Of a stretch of DNA of 64,000 bases, positions 9,196 to 19,172 are shown one piece after another. The position numbers and the translations under genes were made by a program. The notes under the pieces were generated by a model. The model was not told the origin of the DNA. It searched no databases and saw only the letters and a list, made by a program, of their open reading frames with translations. The DNA is taken from positions 480,001 to 544,000 of the forward strand of contig JBBFKX010000001.1 of NCBI GenBank assembly GCA_037481815.1. The letters are read 5' to 3'. The first letter of the stretch is position 1. Every line of letters begins with the position of its first letter. The DNA comes from a candidate division WOR-3 bacterium. GTDB lineage: Bacteria; Hydrothermota; 32-111.

Positions 9196-10428
9196 TTATA
9201 TCACAATTGTTTCTTTAATCAACTGGTTATTTTCAAACCTTTCAAATTTTAAATCTTCAACTTCTTTTATTGTTTTAAATTCGCCAGTCAAAATCTTTTC
9301 AGCAACAGATAAACCGACTCCAGGGGCTTCCATAACACCGTGTCCTGAAAATCCAGTAGAGATGAAAAGGTTTTTGAGTTTTGAATGAAAACCTATTATA
9401 CCATTTTTATCCTTCGTGTTATGTTCATACAATCCACCCCACATAGATTGGGGAGAGATTATCCTGCAATACTCCATTCCTGGAATCCTTGCTGCCATAT
9501 AATAGTTCATCTGCTCTTCGTAATATTTTGGATCTGGAGTATAATCATAACCAAAAGGTTGATCTGGATCAGCCCTTCCAACTATCAAATTCCCCTTTTC
9601 TGGATGGAAATATACACCGTTATCGATTATCGTCATGGGTATCTTTTCAAAGCCATCAATGTTTGGCATCTTAACTGTAAAAAGCATCCTTTTCCATGGA
9701 ACAACAGGAATATGATAATTTTCATCATCAACAGATCTTTTCAAAATATCTCCAGAAAATGCTCCAGCTGCAAGAATAACAATATCACCTTCAATGATCG
9801 TTCCATCAATAAGTTCAACACCTACAGTTTTTTCTCCACTGAAAATTATCTTTTTCACTTCACTGTTCAATTTTATTTCAACTTTTTGAGGATACTTTTC
9901 TTTTGTGTATTCAAAATATCTGTTGGATGCAGTTGTTGGGTTGAAAATACCACAGTCAGGGCCCAAAAGTCCACCTGCTATTGGCTTCATATTTAAAACT
10001 TCGTTCACCTCTGGGTCGATATGATCGATCGTTGGAACAAAACCTGGCACATAATTTTTTATTTCCTCTGGTTTCAAAAGTTCAGTTCTTACTCCATTTT
10101 CATCCCAGACATGTTTGAAATCCTTTATCGCTTGAAATTCCTTTTCATAATAGGTAAACAGATATCCTATCTGCTCAAAACCAATATTTGTTCCCAACTC
10201 TTCGTGAAAATTTTTGTAAGCGTTTATCGAATAGTTTGTCAACTTTAAGTTAACTTTTGTTGACCATATATTTCTAAAAGCACCTGCAGAAAGTGATGTT
10301 GATTCTTGAGAGAGTTGACTCCTTCTTTCAAGAACAACAACTTTTCCCTGATAACCTTCTCTATAGAGGTGGTAAAGGATTGAACCACCGATTATTCCAC
10401 CACCGATTATTATTATTTTATCCATCAT
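9196..10428 (-). CDS. FAD-dependent oxidoreductase, DadA/sarcosine-oxidase-beta family
   Basis: IIGGGIIG dinucleotide fold, STSLSAG, AAGAFS, W-x-GLYE, GFSGHGVM. Confidence 0.85.
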   Translation of the reverse strand: MMDKIIIIGGGIIGGSILYHLYREGYQGKVVVLERRSQLSQESTSLSAGAFRNIWSTKVNLKLTNYSINAYKNFHEELGTNIGFEQIGYLFTYYEKEFQAIKDFKHVWDENGVRTELLKPEEIKNYVPGFVPTIDHIDPEVNEVLNMKPIAGGLLGPDCGIFNPTTASNRYFEYTKEKYPQKVEIKLNSEVKKIIFSGEKTVGVELIDGTIIEGDIVILAAGAFSGDILKRSVDDENYHIPVVPWKRMLFTVKMPNIDGFEKIPMTIIDNGVYFHPEKGNLIVGRADPDQPFGYDYTPDPKYYEEQMNYYMAARIPGMEYCRIISPQSMWGGLYEHNTKDKNGIIGFHSKLKNLFISTGFSGHGVMEAPGVGLSVAEKILTGEFKTIKEVEDLKFERFENNQLIKETIVI

Positions 10429-10439
10429 TACTCCTTTTA

Positions 10440-11378
10440 TTAATTTTGAAAGTAAGTTTTAACATTCGAGAATGTTTTTAAAATCTCTTTCCTTTTATTC
10501 TCTGAAACTATCATTAAAACTGTTGCCAGACAATCAGCCAAACTACCGTTATCAGCGATAACAGTTACAGAATGTATTTTTGATGCTGGATTACCAGTTT
10601 TTGGATCAACGATATGGCAATACTTTTTCCCTTTAATAGTATAAAATCTAAAGTAGTCACCGCTTGTTACGATTGAACCGTTCGATAATTCTTCAACCTT
10701 TACGATACTATCATCTTTAAAACTTCTCACTCCTATCTTAAAAGGTTTATTGTCAAGATAGTTAAAGCAAACTATATCTCCTCCAAGGTTGATAAGTGCT
10801 TTTTTTATTCCATTTTTTAGTAGCATCTCTTTTACCAGATCTCCGAAGTATCCTTTTGCTATTCCACCAAAATCAACAGATACATATTTGTTCTTTTTAT
10901 ATATCTTATCTTTTTTTAAGATCACCTGATTGTTCTGGTTTATCAACTCAACAAAAAATCTGATCGAATCACTTACAGGTTCTCTACTCTGTTGCTCACA
11001 TCTTTTATAGTATGAAAGCAGAGGTTCTATAAAAACATTAAAATAACCATCGGTTAACCTTTTCAAAGAGTCACTGATGGTCAGTAACTTTAAAAACTCA
11101 TCATTTTTCTCAATAAAGTTTTCACAACTGTTGAACCGGTAAACATAAGATTCTTTATTGTATTTCGAAAAGAAATTATCAAGTTTTTTTAAAGTATCTT
11201 CAACACTTTTAAAAATTTTTTCAAAATCAAAATCTTTTTCACCAAAAAGAACTATTTCAACATTGACATTCCCAAAAAAAAGAAAATTTTTTCTCTTTTC
11301 AACCACAGTTGAACAGTTGACAAAAAGAATAAAAAAAATTATTAAGTATATTTTTAATATTTTTATACTTTTCATCAC
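10440..11378 (-). CDS. apbE: FAD:protein FMN transferase (lipoprotein)
   Basis: Lipobox-like FVNC, DFGGIAKGY, NLGGD, TSGDY, HIVDPKTG, ADCLAT. Confidence 0.92.
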   Translation of the reverse strand: MMKSIKILKIYLIIFFILFVNCSTVVEKRKNFLFFGNVNVEIVLFGEKDFDFEKIFKSVEDTLKKLDNFFSKYNKESYVYRFNSCENFIEKNDEFLKLLTISDSLKRLTDGYFNVFIEPLLSYYKRCEQQSREPVSDSIRFFVELINQNNQVILKKDKIYKKNKYVSVDFGGIAKGYFGDLVKEMLLKNGIKKALINLGGDIVCFNYLDNKPFKIGVRSFKDDSIVKVEELSNGSIVTSGDYFRFYTIKGKKYCHIVDPKTGNPASKIHSVTVIADNGSLADCLATVLMIVSENKRKEILKTFSNVKTYFQN

Positions 11379-11956
11379 ATTTTCACAAGACCTGTAAATC
11401 CAAAAAAGGCAAGTGACATCAATCCTGCTGTGATGATACCTATCGCAGGACCTTTAAAAGGTTCAGGTATATCAGCCCATTCAAGTTTTTCCCTTATACC
11501 AGCAAAAAGGTATATTGCGATAAAATATCCTATTCCCGTTGAAAGTGAAAAAACTATCGTTTCGATGAGATTATAATTTTTCTGGATGTTCAATATTGCA
11601 ACACCTAAAATCGTACAGTTTGTAGTTATGAGTGGAAGATAAATCCCTAATGCTTCAAACAAGGCAGGTGCTATCTTTTTCATTGTAATCTCCACTATCT
11701 GAACAAGAGCCGCGATAACAAAAATAAAAACTATCGTTTGAAGATACTCTAATTTTAAAGGGTTCAGGACATAGATCTGTAACAGGTATGATATGAGTGT
11801 TGCCATCACCATAACAAAGATAACCGCAAAGCCCATTCCTGCGGCTGTTTCCTGTTTTTTCGAAACACCGATGTAAGGACAAATACCTAAAAATCTCATC
11901 AAAACTATATTTGAAATCAACATCGAATCGATTGCGATAATCAATAATTTTAACAT
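11375..11956 (-). CDS. rnfA: Rnf complex subunit A
   Basis: FLGICP, LPLITTNC, GLMSLAF. Confidence 0.95.
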   Translation of the reverse strand: MLKLLIIAIDSMLISNIVLMRFLGICPYIGVSKKQETAAGMGFAVIFVMVMATLISYLLQIYVLNPLKLEYLQTIVFIFVIAALVQIVEITMKKIAPALFEALGIYLPLITTNCTILGVAILNIQKNYNLIETIVFSLSTGIGYFIAIYLFAGIREKLEWADIPEPFKGPAIGIITAGLMSLAFFGFTGLVKM

Positions 11957-11957
11957 A

Positions 11958-12614
11958 TTACTTTACCTCTTTTTGAATTTTTAACTTTTCTTTTTCAAGT
12001 TTCTGTTTCATCTTTTCTCTCTCTTTATTTTTGATATTTACAAAGTTCATACCTCCAAGCATCAAACCTATGGTCAAAAAAGCTCCAGGAGGAAGAATCG
12101 CAACGATCGCTGGAGAATATGACTCTCCAAAAAGTTTTACTCCCCAAAATGTCCCATTACCAATAACTTCTCTTATCGCAGCGAGAACTGAAATCGTCAA
12201 CAAAAATCCTATCCCCATACCAAGTCCATCAAGAAAAGAATCAAAAACATTGTTTTTCGATGCAAACGCTTCAGCTCTACCAAAAACAATGCAGTTTACA
12301 ACTATGAGAGGTATAAAAACTCCAAGTGACTTATGGAGTTTTGGAAAATATCCATAAACAACAAGATCAACTATTGTAACAAAAGTTGCAATAACTATTA
12401 TAAAAACTGGTATCCTCATTTTGTTCGGAACAAATTTTCTTATCGATGAGATCACTATGTTGGAGGATATCAAAACAAAGGTTGCAGCGAATGCCATTCC
12501 AACTGCGTTATTCACTGTTGTAGAAACAGCAAGTGTTGGACAGAAACCAAGTAAAACTACCAGAACAGGATTGTTTGTCCATATTCCATTGAATATTTTT
12601 TTCAAACTATTCAT
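11958..12614 (-). CDS. rnfE: Rnf complex subunit E
   Basis: LGFCPTLAV, PLIVVNC, GRAEAFA, LPPGAF. Confidence 0.95.
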   Translation of the reverse strand: MNSLKKIFNGIWTNNPVLVVLLGFCPTLAVSTTVNNAVGMAFAATFVLISSNIVISSIRKFVPNKMRIPVFIIVIATFVTIVDLVVYGYFPKLHKSLGVFIPLIVVNCIVFGRAEAFASKNNVFDSFLDGLGMGIGFLLTISVLAAIREVIGNGTFWGVKLFGESYSPAIVAILPPGAFLTIGLMLGGMNFVNIKNKEREKMKQKLEKEKLKIQKEVK

Positions 12615-13218
12615 TTATAACCTCCCCTGTTTTAGAGGAATCTGAAACTTCTTTTTTGAAATTGTATTCGATTACTTTTAATCCTCTTTCCAGACAATCA
12701 CCCACTGCTCTTGAGGTTATCGTTGCAGAAGTTATCGCCTGAATATCACCACCATCATTCTTTACTTTGAAATTGAAGTTTGACAAAGATTTTGAAAGGA
12801 ACTGATCTTTAAAACTCTTTTCAGTCATTTTTGTTCCAAGTCCAGGTGTTTCAGAAAATTCGAGTGGATATACACCGGTAATTTTAAAGTCCTTATCAAC
12901 ACCAACCATTATAGTTATAGTTCCACCATAACCTTTTTTTGTATAGGAAAGAATTGAATAAGCATGGATAGAAGAATCTGGATTGAGTATAAGATAAGCC
13001 CTTAACGGAATAGATTCAACATCTGATATAAGAAAAGTATCCCTTATTATCATCTGATCAGATATACCGGGAACTATACTTTTGATAGCTTCCATTATCT
13101 CAGCATTCTTTGCTTTTTCGATCGGTTCTTTAGTTACAGAGTATACATAAGAGAGTAAAAATGCTGAAACAACCGCAACAACAAAAAGTTTGATGATTTG
13201 AACTATGTTATCTTTCAT
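12607..13218 (-). CDS. rnfG: Rnf complex subunit G
   Basis: GYGG, ETPGLG and the FMN-attachment motif ITSATITS; the ATG at 13218 follows a GGAG SD. Confidence 0.92.
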   Translation of the reverse strand: MKDNIVQIIKLFVVAVVSAFLLSYVYSVTKEPIEKAKNAEIMEAIKSIVPGISDQMIIRDTFLISDVESIPLRAYLILNPDSSIHAYSILSYTKKGYGGTITIMVGVDKDFKITGVYPLEFSETPGLGTKMTEKSFKDQFLSKSLSNFNFKVKNDGGDIQAITSATITSRAVGDCLERGLKVIEYNFKKEVSDSSKTGEVINE

Positions 13219-13219
13219 A

Positions 13220-14197
13220 TCACTCTCCAAATTTTTTATTTTTTGTGAACTTCTCTATCGTTGGGGACAAAGCTTCCATGATCAGTATTGCAAAAGACAC
13301 ACCTTCAGGATAAGCACCAAAAAGCCTTATAAGAGAAGTTATCAAACCACATCCAAAAGCAAATACCATTTTCCCCTTTTTGGTTATCGGTGTGGTTACC
13401 ATATCTGTAGCCATAAAGAAAGCTCCAAGGAAAAGTCCACCTGTAACCATATGGAAAAATGGAGAAGCATATTTTGCTGGATCTATCATGTTGAATATCG
13501 CAGTAAAAACAAAAACTGTTGAAATGTAAATCAAAGGGATAAAAAATGGAATGATTTTCCTGAATATCAACAACAAGCCACCTATAAGAATAGCGAATTC
13601 AGAGATCTCTCCAATCGAACCACCACCAACACCATCGATTGGAAATCCAAAAAATAGTTTCCAGTAATCAAGATTTGAAACGGATGATAGCCCTTGAGTT
13701 TTTAGCATTCCAAGTGGTGTTGCAAAAGTTTGAGTCGTCAGGTTGACACCAACAGTCCACCGAGTCATTATTGATGGAAACGATAAAAGAAGGAAAACTC
13801 TTGCCACAAGAGCAGGATTGAAAGGATTGTTTCCAAGTCCACCAAAAACATGTTTTCCAAAAAGCATCGCAACAAAAGAACCAACTGCACACATCCACCA
13901 TGGTGAGGTTGACGGAAGATTTAAAGCAAGAAGTAGTCCTGTAATAAAAGCACTTCCATCAAAAGCCCTTTCAAAAAGATTTTTTACTCCTCTTATCTTC
14001 AAAAAGATTATCTCAAAAATCTGAGTGAAAATTATACATGACAAAATAACTGTTAACGCTCTGTATCTATAAAGATAGATCGCCCATAGAGTGGTTGGCA
14101 AAAGAGCAACAACCACTGTCCACATGATGCTTTTAATATCCTCTTTCCCCCTGAGAAATGGAGCACTTTTCAAGACAAATCTGTTTTCTTGCATCAT
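13220..14197 (-). CDS. rnfD: Rnf complex subunit D
   Basis: FGGLGNNPFNPA, FATPL (FMN Thr), GSIGE, FMATD, YPEGVSFAIL. Confidence 0.95.
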   Translation of the reverse strand: MMQENRFVLKSAPFLRGKEDIKSIMWTVVVALLPTTLWAIYLYRYRALTVILSCIIFTQIFEIIFLKIRGVKNLFERAFDGSAFITGLLLALNLPSTSPWWMCAVGSFVAMLFGKHVFGGLGNNPFNPALVARVFLLLSFPSIMTRWTVGVNLTTQTFATPLGMLKTQGLSSVSNLDYWKLFFGFPIDGVGGGSIGEISEFAILIGGLLLIFRKIIPFFIPLIYISTVFVFTAIFNMIDPAKYASPFFHMVTGGLFLGAFFMATDMVTTPITKKGKMVFAFGCGLITSLIRLFGAYPEGVSFAILIMEALSPTIEKFTKNKKFGE

Positions 14198-15513
14198 TTA
14201 CCTCTCTTCAAATATTTTGTGTATTTCTGTTTACCTTTAACTATACTTGCTGCAAGATCTCTTGAAGCAGGACATATAAATGAACATGAACCACATTCGA
14301 TACAGTCAAGAACATCATCCATCTTCTCATATTCTCTTCTGTCAGATGCCTCCTTCAAGTATGTTGGGTTAAGTCCCATCGGACAAACAGATAGACATTT
14401 TGAACATCTGATACACGCACTTTCCTCTTCGATGCTTACCTCTTCTTCAGTTAAAAATAAAAGCCCTGATGTTGTTTTTGTTATTGGTAATTGAATATCT
14501 GTAAAAGGTTTTCCCATCATAGGACCACCGTTTACAAGGTATTTACAATCATCCTTTATTCCACCACAAAAATCTGCAACCTCAGAAACTGTAACTCCAA
14601 TTGGAGCAAGGATATTTTTGGGTTCAGAAATACCTTTACCAGAACATGTTAAAACCCTTTCTGTTAAAGGCCTGTTATATACTATAAGATCGTATATCGC
14701 TTTAACTGTTGAAACATTTTGAACTATTACACCTACCTCAAAAGGTAACTTCCTTATAGGTACAACCCTTCTGGTCAAAGCGAATATCAACTGTTTTTCA
14801 GCACCCTGAGGATATTTCGTTTTCAAAAGTTTAAACTCAATCCTTTTATCTGTATTAACCTTCTTTAACTCTTCAAAAGCTTCCTCTTTGTTTTCCTCTA
14901 TACCAACAATCGATTTGGGGATACCAAGATTATCAAGAATCAAACTTATACCATTTAAAAATTCATTTTTATATTCAAGCATCACTCTGTAATCGTTTGT
15001 AAGGTATGGCTCACACTCAGCAGCGTTAACTATGAAAATATCTATTTTTTTGTCCTTTGGAGGATTCATTTTCACATAAGTTGGGAAACCAGCACCTCCC
15101 ATTCCTATTATTCCTCCATTTTTTATTTCACTTATAAAATTCTCTCTATCAGTTTTAAACTCTCTTTTCTCCTCTGTTCCCGCGACTTTTTCATATTTAA
15201 AGTCGTTTTTTATTACCAGAACATCATTTTTTATTTCACCAGGGAAAACCATACTTTTTGTTTGAACCACCTCTCCGGACACTGGTGAATGAACCATAGA
15301 TGTTACTCCACCATCTCCTGATGCAACAACCTGATTTTTTAAAACTCTATCACCTTCTTTCACCAGAACTTTTGCTGGAGAACCAATATGCTGGTTAACC
15401 GCAAGAAAGACAAACTCTTTAGCATCCAGTTTTTCAATCTTTTTATTTTCAGTGTATTCTTTTCTCTCCTCAGGGAAAACTCCACTTTTTCCAAAAGTAT
15501 AAAGTTTAGCCAT
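14194..15513 (-). CDS. rnfC: Rnf complex subunit C
   Basis: GMGGAGFPT, AECEPY, KYPQGAEK, GGPMMG and two CxxCxxCxxxCP clusters. Confidence 0.95.
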   Translation of the reverse strand: MAKLYTFGKSGVFPEERKEYTENKKIEKLDAKEFVFLAVNQHIGSPAKVLVKEGDRVLKNQVVASGDGGVTSMVHSPVSGEVVQTKSMVFPGEIKNDVLVIKNDFKYEKVAGTEEKREFKTDRENFISEIKNGGIIGMGGAGFPTYVKMNPPKDKKIDIFIVNAAECEPYLTNDYRVMLEYKNEFLNGISLILDNLGIPKSIVGIEENKEEAFEELKKVNTDKRIEFKLLKTKYPQGAEKQLIFALTRRVVPIRKLPFEVGVIVQNVSTVKAIYDLIVYNRPLTERVLTCSGKGISEPKNILAPIGVTVSEVADFCGGIKDDCKYLVNGGPMMGKPFTDIQLPITKTTSGLLFLTEEEVSIEEESACIRCSKCLSVCPMGLNPTYLKEASDRREYEKMDDVLDCIECGSCSFICPASRDLAASIVKGKQKYTKYLKRGK

Positions 15514-15808
15514 TTGATACTCCTTCTTTCTTCTTTTTCAAAATCTCCCTGATCTTGTTTGCAACCTCATCTTTGCCAACAGGGCATATCTTGTAAAGTT
15601 CTCCTTTTTTTGCCATTTCAACTGCAAAATTTTCACAACCCGGGAAACCACATGCCCCACAGTTAACACCTGGAAGAACAGATAGAATTTCATCAACAGC
15701 TGGATCCCTTTTGACTTCAAAAACTTTCATAGTTATGAGAATTAAAACTCCAAGTAGTATTGAAAGTCCACCCATAACTAACACTGGAAACAAAATCTCT
15801 TTTATCAT
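15506..15808 (-). CDS. rnfB: Rnf complex subunit B, short form (TM + single FeS module)
   Basis: LPGVNCGACGFPGC...CPVG; the protein ends at 100 aa with no ferredoxin repeats. Confidence 0.85.
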   Translation of the reverse strand: MIKEILFPVLVMGGLSILLGVLILITMKVFEVKRDPAVDEILSVLPGVNCGACGFPGCENFAVEMAKKGELYKICPVGKDEVANKIREILKKKKEGVSNG

Positions 15809-16224
15809 TTTAATACCCTCACTATTTTATGGTTAAATTGATTTTTTTTCCTTTTACTGAATATAAATATGAAAATCAGAGAAAAGAGAAAACCCAGAAA
15901 TCCAGACAATGCTGTAAAACCTTCTCCTTTGTTTATCAAATAACCTATCAACGAAAACAAGGAAATCAACAGAGTTGGAATAAGATAAAAAACTATTGAA
16001 AGAATAAGGATCTTTTTCTGTTCAATCTTTAACTCAACGACATCACCTTTTTGAACATCTTCACAGGATACATTCTCACATTCAACGATTTTATTTTGAT
16101 CTTTATGAAAAATTGAACATTCTTCTGAGTGAGAACAAGAAGAACATGAAGATTGGAGATCAATTTTTATGAAAATTTTACCATCTTTTATATCAACAAC
16201 TTCTCCTAAAATTTTTTCCTCCAT
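15805..16224 (-). CDS. rseC: RseC/MucC family protein
   Basis: SSCSSC...C motif, GDVV, YLIP and two TM helices; the ATG at 16224 is preferred over the TTG at 16263. Confidence 0.85.
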   Translation of the reverse strand: MEEKILGEVVDIKDGKIFIKIDLQSSCSSCSHSEECSIFHKDQNKIVECENVSCEDVQKGDVVELKIEQKKILILSIVFYLIPTLLISLFSLIGYLINKGEGFTALSGFLGFLFSLIFIFIFSKRKKNQFNHKIVRVLK

Positions 16225-16319
16225 AATATTTTGATATATTATACTTTTAGCCCTTTTTGTCAATAGATTGATGGTAGGTAGGTATTGAAAATTTTAATTT
16301 TTACTATATTATTCTCATT

Positions 16320-17633
16320 ATGGGAAGGAGAATTAATCTTTTAATAATCGATGATGAACCACTTTTTTCAGCAACATTAAAGGATGCAATTTCAGCAAAC
16401 TATAATTTCAACATCATTCAGGCATTCTCAGGATTTAAAGCGATTGAGATATTTGAACAGACAAACATAGATATCTGTTTTCTCGATGTACATTTGCCTG
16501 ATATCAATGGATTCGATTTGATAAAAAAGATCAAAAGTTTTTCACCAGATTGTGAAATTATAATCATGACAGCATATGGGGAACTTGAACAAACGAAACT
16601 TGCATTAAAGGAGGGGGCTTATTTTCTACCAAAACCCTTTAAAATTGAAGATATCAAAACAATTCTGTCGAAAATCAATAAAAATATTGAACAATCAGAT
16701 TACGAAAAGATCAAAGAGGAAGAGGAACAAATTGAAATAAAAACCAACAGTAAGAAAATGAAGGAGATTTTAAGAAAAGCCGAAAAGTATGCGAAAAGTG
16801 ATTTACCGGTTCTTTTACTTGGTTCAACCGGAACAGGTAAAGATACGATGGCAAAATATATACATCAGAAATCTGATCGAAAAAATGAAATTTTTATTAT
16901 GCAGAATTGTGCTTCTTTACCTGAAACACTTATTGAAAGCGAACTCTTCGGATATGAAAAAGGTGCTTTCACAGGAGCATATACAAGAAAATATGGCTTG
17001 TTTGAAATCGCAAACAGAGGAACGATTTTTTTGAATGAGATAGGAGAACTTCCTCTGTCGAGTCAGGCCAAAATACTGCATATCATAGAAAATAAAAGTT
17101 TTCGAAGGATTGGAGGTGTAAACGATATTTTTGTTGATACAAGAATAATAGCAGCAACAAACAAAAAAATCGAGGATCTTTTAAAATCAGGTAAAATAAG
17201 AGAGGATCTTTTTTTCAGATTGGAAACTCTACATATTGAACTACCTGATCTTAAAGATCGACTTGAGGATATTCCTTTGATAATAGAATCGTTACTTAAA
17301 AAAAGAAAAATAGACCCAAAAGAGTTTCAAATAGATGAAGAGATCTATACTCTGTTTCAGAATTACTCCTGGCCCGGGAACATAAGAGAACTCGAAAATG
17401 TTATCGATAGATCGATAATTTTAACTGAAGGTAAAGGGATCTTTACCGATACACTTCCATATTCGATATTAAAGATAAAAAACAGTATAAAAAAAGAATC
17501 TTTAAAAGATCTGGAAAAAGAAGAAATTTTAAAAACCTTAAATTCTGTTGGTGGAAACAAAACAAAAGCAGCCAAAATTCTTGGAATCGATCGAAAAACA
17601 CTCTATAGAAAATTGAAAAATTGGGGAATTTAA
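16320..17633 (+). CDS. Sigma-54-dependent response regulator (NtrC family: REC-AAA-Fis HTH)
   Basis: IIDDE/FLD/KPF receiver, [43 protein letters not shown]; Walker B reads FLNE. Confidence 0.93.
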   Translation: MGRRINLLIIDDEPLFSATLKDAISANYNFNIIQAFSGFKAIEIFEQTNIDICFLDVHLPDINGFDLIKKIKSFSPDCEIIIMTAYGELEQTKLALKEGAYFLPKPFKIEDIKTILSKINKNIEQSDYEKIKEEEEQIEIKTNSKKMKEILRKAEKYAKSDLPVLLLGSTGTGKDTMAKYIHQKSDRKNEIFIMQNCASLPETLIESELFGYEKGAFTGAYTRKYGLFEIANRGTIFLNEIGELPLSSQAKILHIIENKSFRRIGGVNDIFVDTRIIAATNKKIEDLLKSGKIREDLFFRLETLHIELPDLKDRLEDIPLIIESLLKKRKIDPKEFQIDEEIYTLFQNYSWPGNIRELENVIDRSIILTEGKGIFTDTLPYSILKIKNSIKKESLKDLEKEEILKTLNSVGGNKTKAAKILGIDRKTLYRKLKNWGI

Positions 17634-17640
17634 AAAATTT

Positions 17641-17657
17641 TGTCCCATTTTGCCACA
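17641..17657 (+). promoter_or_regulatory. Candidate enhancer (UAS) TGT-N11-ACA
   Basis: TGTCCCATTTTGCCACA, about 85 bp upstream of the -24 element. Confidence 0.4.
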
Positions 17658-17727
17658 CTTTTTGTATCTTTTATTTTTATATAATCTTTAAGTTAATTTA
17701 AACAGGGAATTTAAAATATTTAATTTT

Positions 17728-17743
17728 TGGCATAATTATTGCA
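17728..17743 (+). promoter_or_regulatory. Sigma-54 (-24/-12) promoter
   Basis: TGGCATAATTATTGCA is near-consensus GG-N10-GC, directly downstream of an EBP gene. Confidence 0.85.
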
Positions 17744-17756
17744 ATTATAGAATTGT

Positions 17757-18140
17757 ATGAAAAAAATATCTGTGCTTTCATCTGACAAATCTTTCATAAA
17801 GGAAATGAATAAGAGAATAGAAAATTTTAACCATTTTATTGATTCGATATCTCTTCTTACTTTCGCACTTGTGAATAAACCTGACATAATTATATTAGAT
17901 ACACTTGACCTTCCATTTATGAATGAAAATAAGGTTATAAAATGTTTAAATGAAATAATTCCTCAATCAAGAATAATAGTTCTTTTAAGAAATAGTGATG
18001 ATTTCGAGTTTTTAAAAATGTTAAGAAAAAACAACAATATCTTTTATTCTTTCAATTATCCTTCAGAATTTTTACAGATATGCGAAGTTATTGAGAATAT
18101 GGTTAAAGATGATCAAAAAGTGGGGTTAGAATATGAATAG
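17757..18140 (+). CDS. Stand-alone atypical receiver-like domain protein
   Basis: KPDIIILDT phospho-Asp strand present; acidic pocket and KP motif degenerate. Confidence 0.6.
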   Translation: MKKISVLSSDKSFIKEMNKRIENFNHFIDSISLLTFALVNKPDIIILDTLDLPFMNENKVIKCLNEIIPQSRIIVLLRNSDDFEFLKMLRKNNNIFYSFNYPSEFLQICEVIENMVKDDQKVGLEYE

Positions 18141-18603
18141 ATTGGTTATTTTAACTTTTATTTTTTTGCCTATCTTTCTATTTTCAGGTTACAGTGTAGA
18201 AACTGATGTTAAATTTGAAAATCAGGAGATTCTACTTCTTGAACTTTCTTCTTCAAGTATTGATCTGGGTGAGATAAAACCAGATATGAAAGAGATAGTC
18301 AAACTCAAAGGAATAACTGTAAAAGTAAAAAGCAATGTCAAATGGGTTTTGACAGTTGAACCACTCGATAACCTTGTTTCAACTGATGGAGATATAATAG
18401 ATATTGAACGACTTGAAATAAGAGGGAAAAAAGGTAACTTTACTCCTCTATCACTCTCAAAACCTATAACTGTGGGATCTGGAGATAGAACTGGAGATAA
18501 CGGTTACGATATCGATCTTGATTTTAGAATGAAAATAAAATGGGACGATCCATCTGGAAGATACAACACAAAATTGAGATTCACTTTAAACTCAATATAC
18601 TAA
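18133..18603 (+). CDS. Secreted fimbrial-subunit-like (Csu/WxL-like) protein
   Basis: Signal peptide, IDLG, VKVKSNVKWVLTV and a C-terminal GRYNTKLRFTL strand. Confidence 0.55.
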   Translation: MNRLVILTFIFLPIFLFSGYSVETDVKFENQEILLLELSSSSIDLGEIKPDMKEIVKLKGITVKVKSNVKWVLTVEPLDNLVSTDGDIIDIERLEIRGKKGNFTPLSLSKPITVGSGDRTGDNGYDIDLDFRMKIKWDDPSGRYNTKLRFTLNSIY

Positions 18604-18612
18604 GGAGGTATT

Positions 18613-19155
18613 ATGAAAAAACTTCTAACAACCTTAACAGCACTTTTTGTGCTTTCACTTCTTGTTTTACCGATTTTTGCTGCCACAGCATCAGACAATG
18701 TTGATGTTCAAATTTTGATTCCAGCAAGAGTTGGTATAAACATAAACAATACAGGTGCTTTGTTATTTGACCTGACTTCAGTTACTATTCCAACAACTTT
18801 CCCAGGATACTATTTCCCAAATGGAACAGAGACAGAGATCCTCATGGACATTTTCTGTAACGCAAGAAATGGTTACAATTTAGAAGTTCAGGCTTCAGGC
18901 GATTTTGACCCAGATATTCCAGTTTCACAACTTTACTTTGCACCATCAGGAACCCCAATAACAAGTGAAGGAACAGCAAACCCAGCAGCACCATGGACAC
19001 CATTTTCAACTTCTACTGTAACTGTTGAATCTGGACCAAAACTTACTGGATGGACTTCTAAAAATCAGGCAATAGAGTTCAAATGGGAAGATTCTGATCC
19101 TGAGATTGATCCAGCAGCAACCGTTACGCTTACCTATACGATAACAAGTTTATAA
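18613..19155 (+). CDS. Secreted fimbrial-subunit-like protein, probable major subunit
   Basis: Perfect SD AAGGAGGT, signal peptide, N-terminal strand ATASDNVDVQILIP, CN...YNLEV, C-terminal VTLTYTITSL. Confidence 0.6.
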   Translation: MKKLLTTLTALFVLSLLVLPIFAATASDNVDVQILIPARVGININNTGALLFDLTSVTIPTTFPGYYFPNGTETEILMDIFCNARNGYNLEVQASGDFDPDIPVSQLYFAPSGTPITSEGTANPAAPWTPFSTSTVTVESGPKLTGWTSKNQAIEFKWEDSDPEIDPAATVTLTYTITSL

Positions 19156-19172
19156 AAATTTGTGGAGGTGGG

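Noticed and set aside
9385..9996. 203-aa plus-strand ORF and the many other 60-150 aa ORFs antisense to or nested in long genes (e.g. 25845-26456, 28964-29413, 30454-30888, 50060-50512)
   Set aside because: They lie opposite well-supported conserved genes, lack SDs and motifs, and have the composition of antisense shadows.
16225..16263. TTG start for rseC at 16263
   Set aside because: The TTG is part of a TTGACA promoter-like hexamer; the family-like sequence starts at the ATG at 16224.
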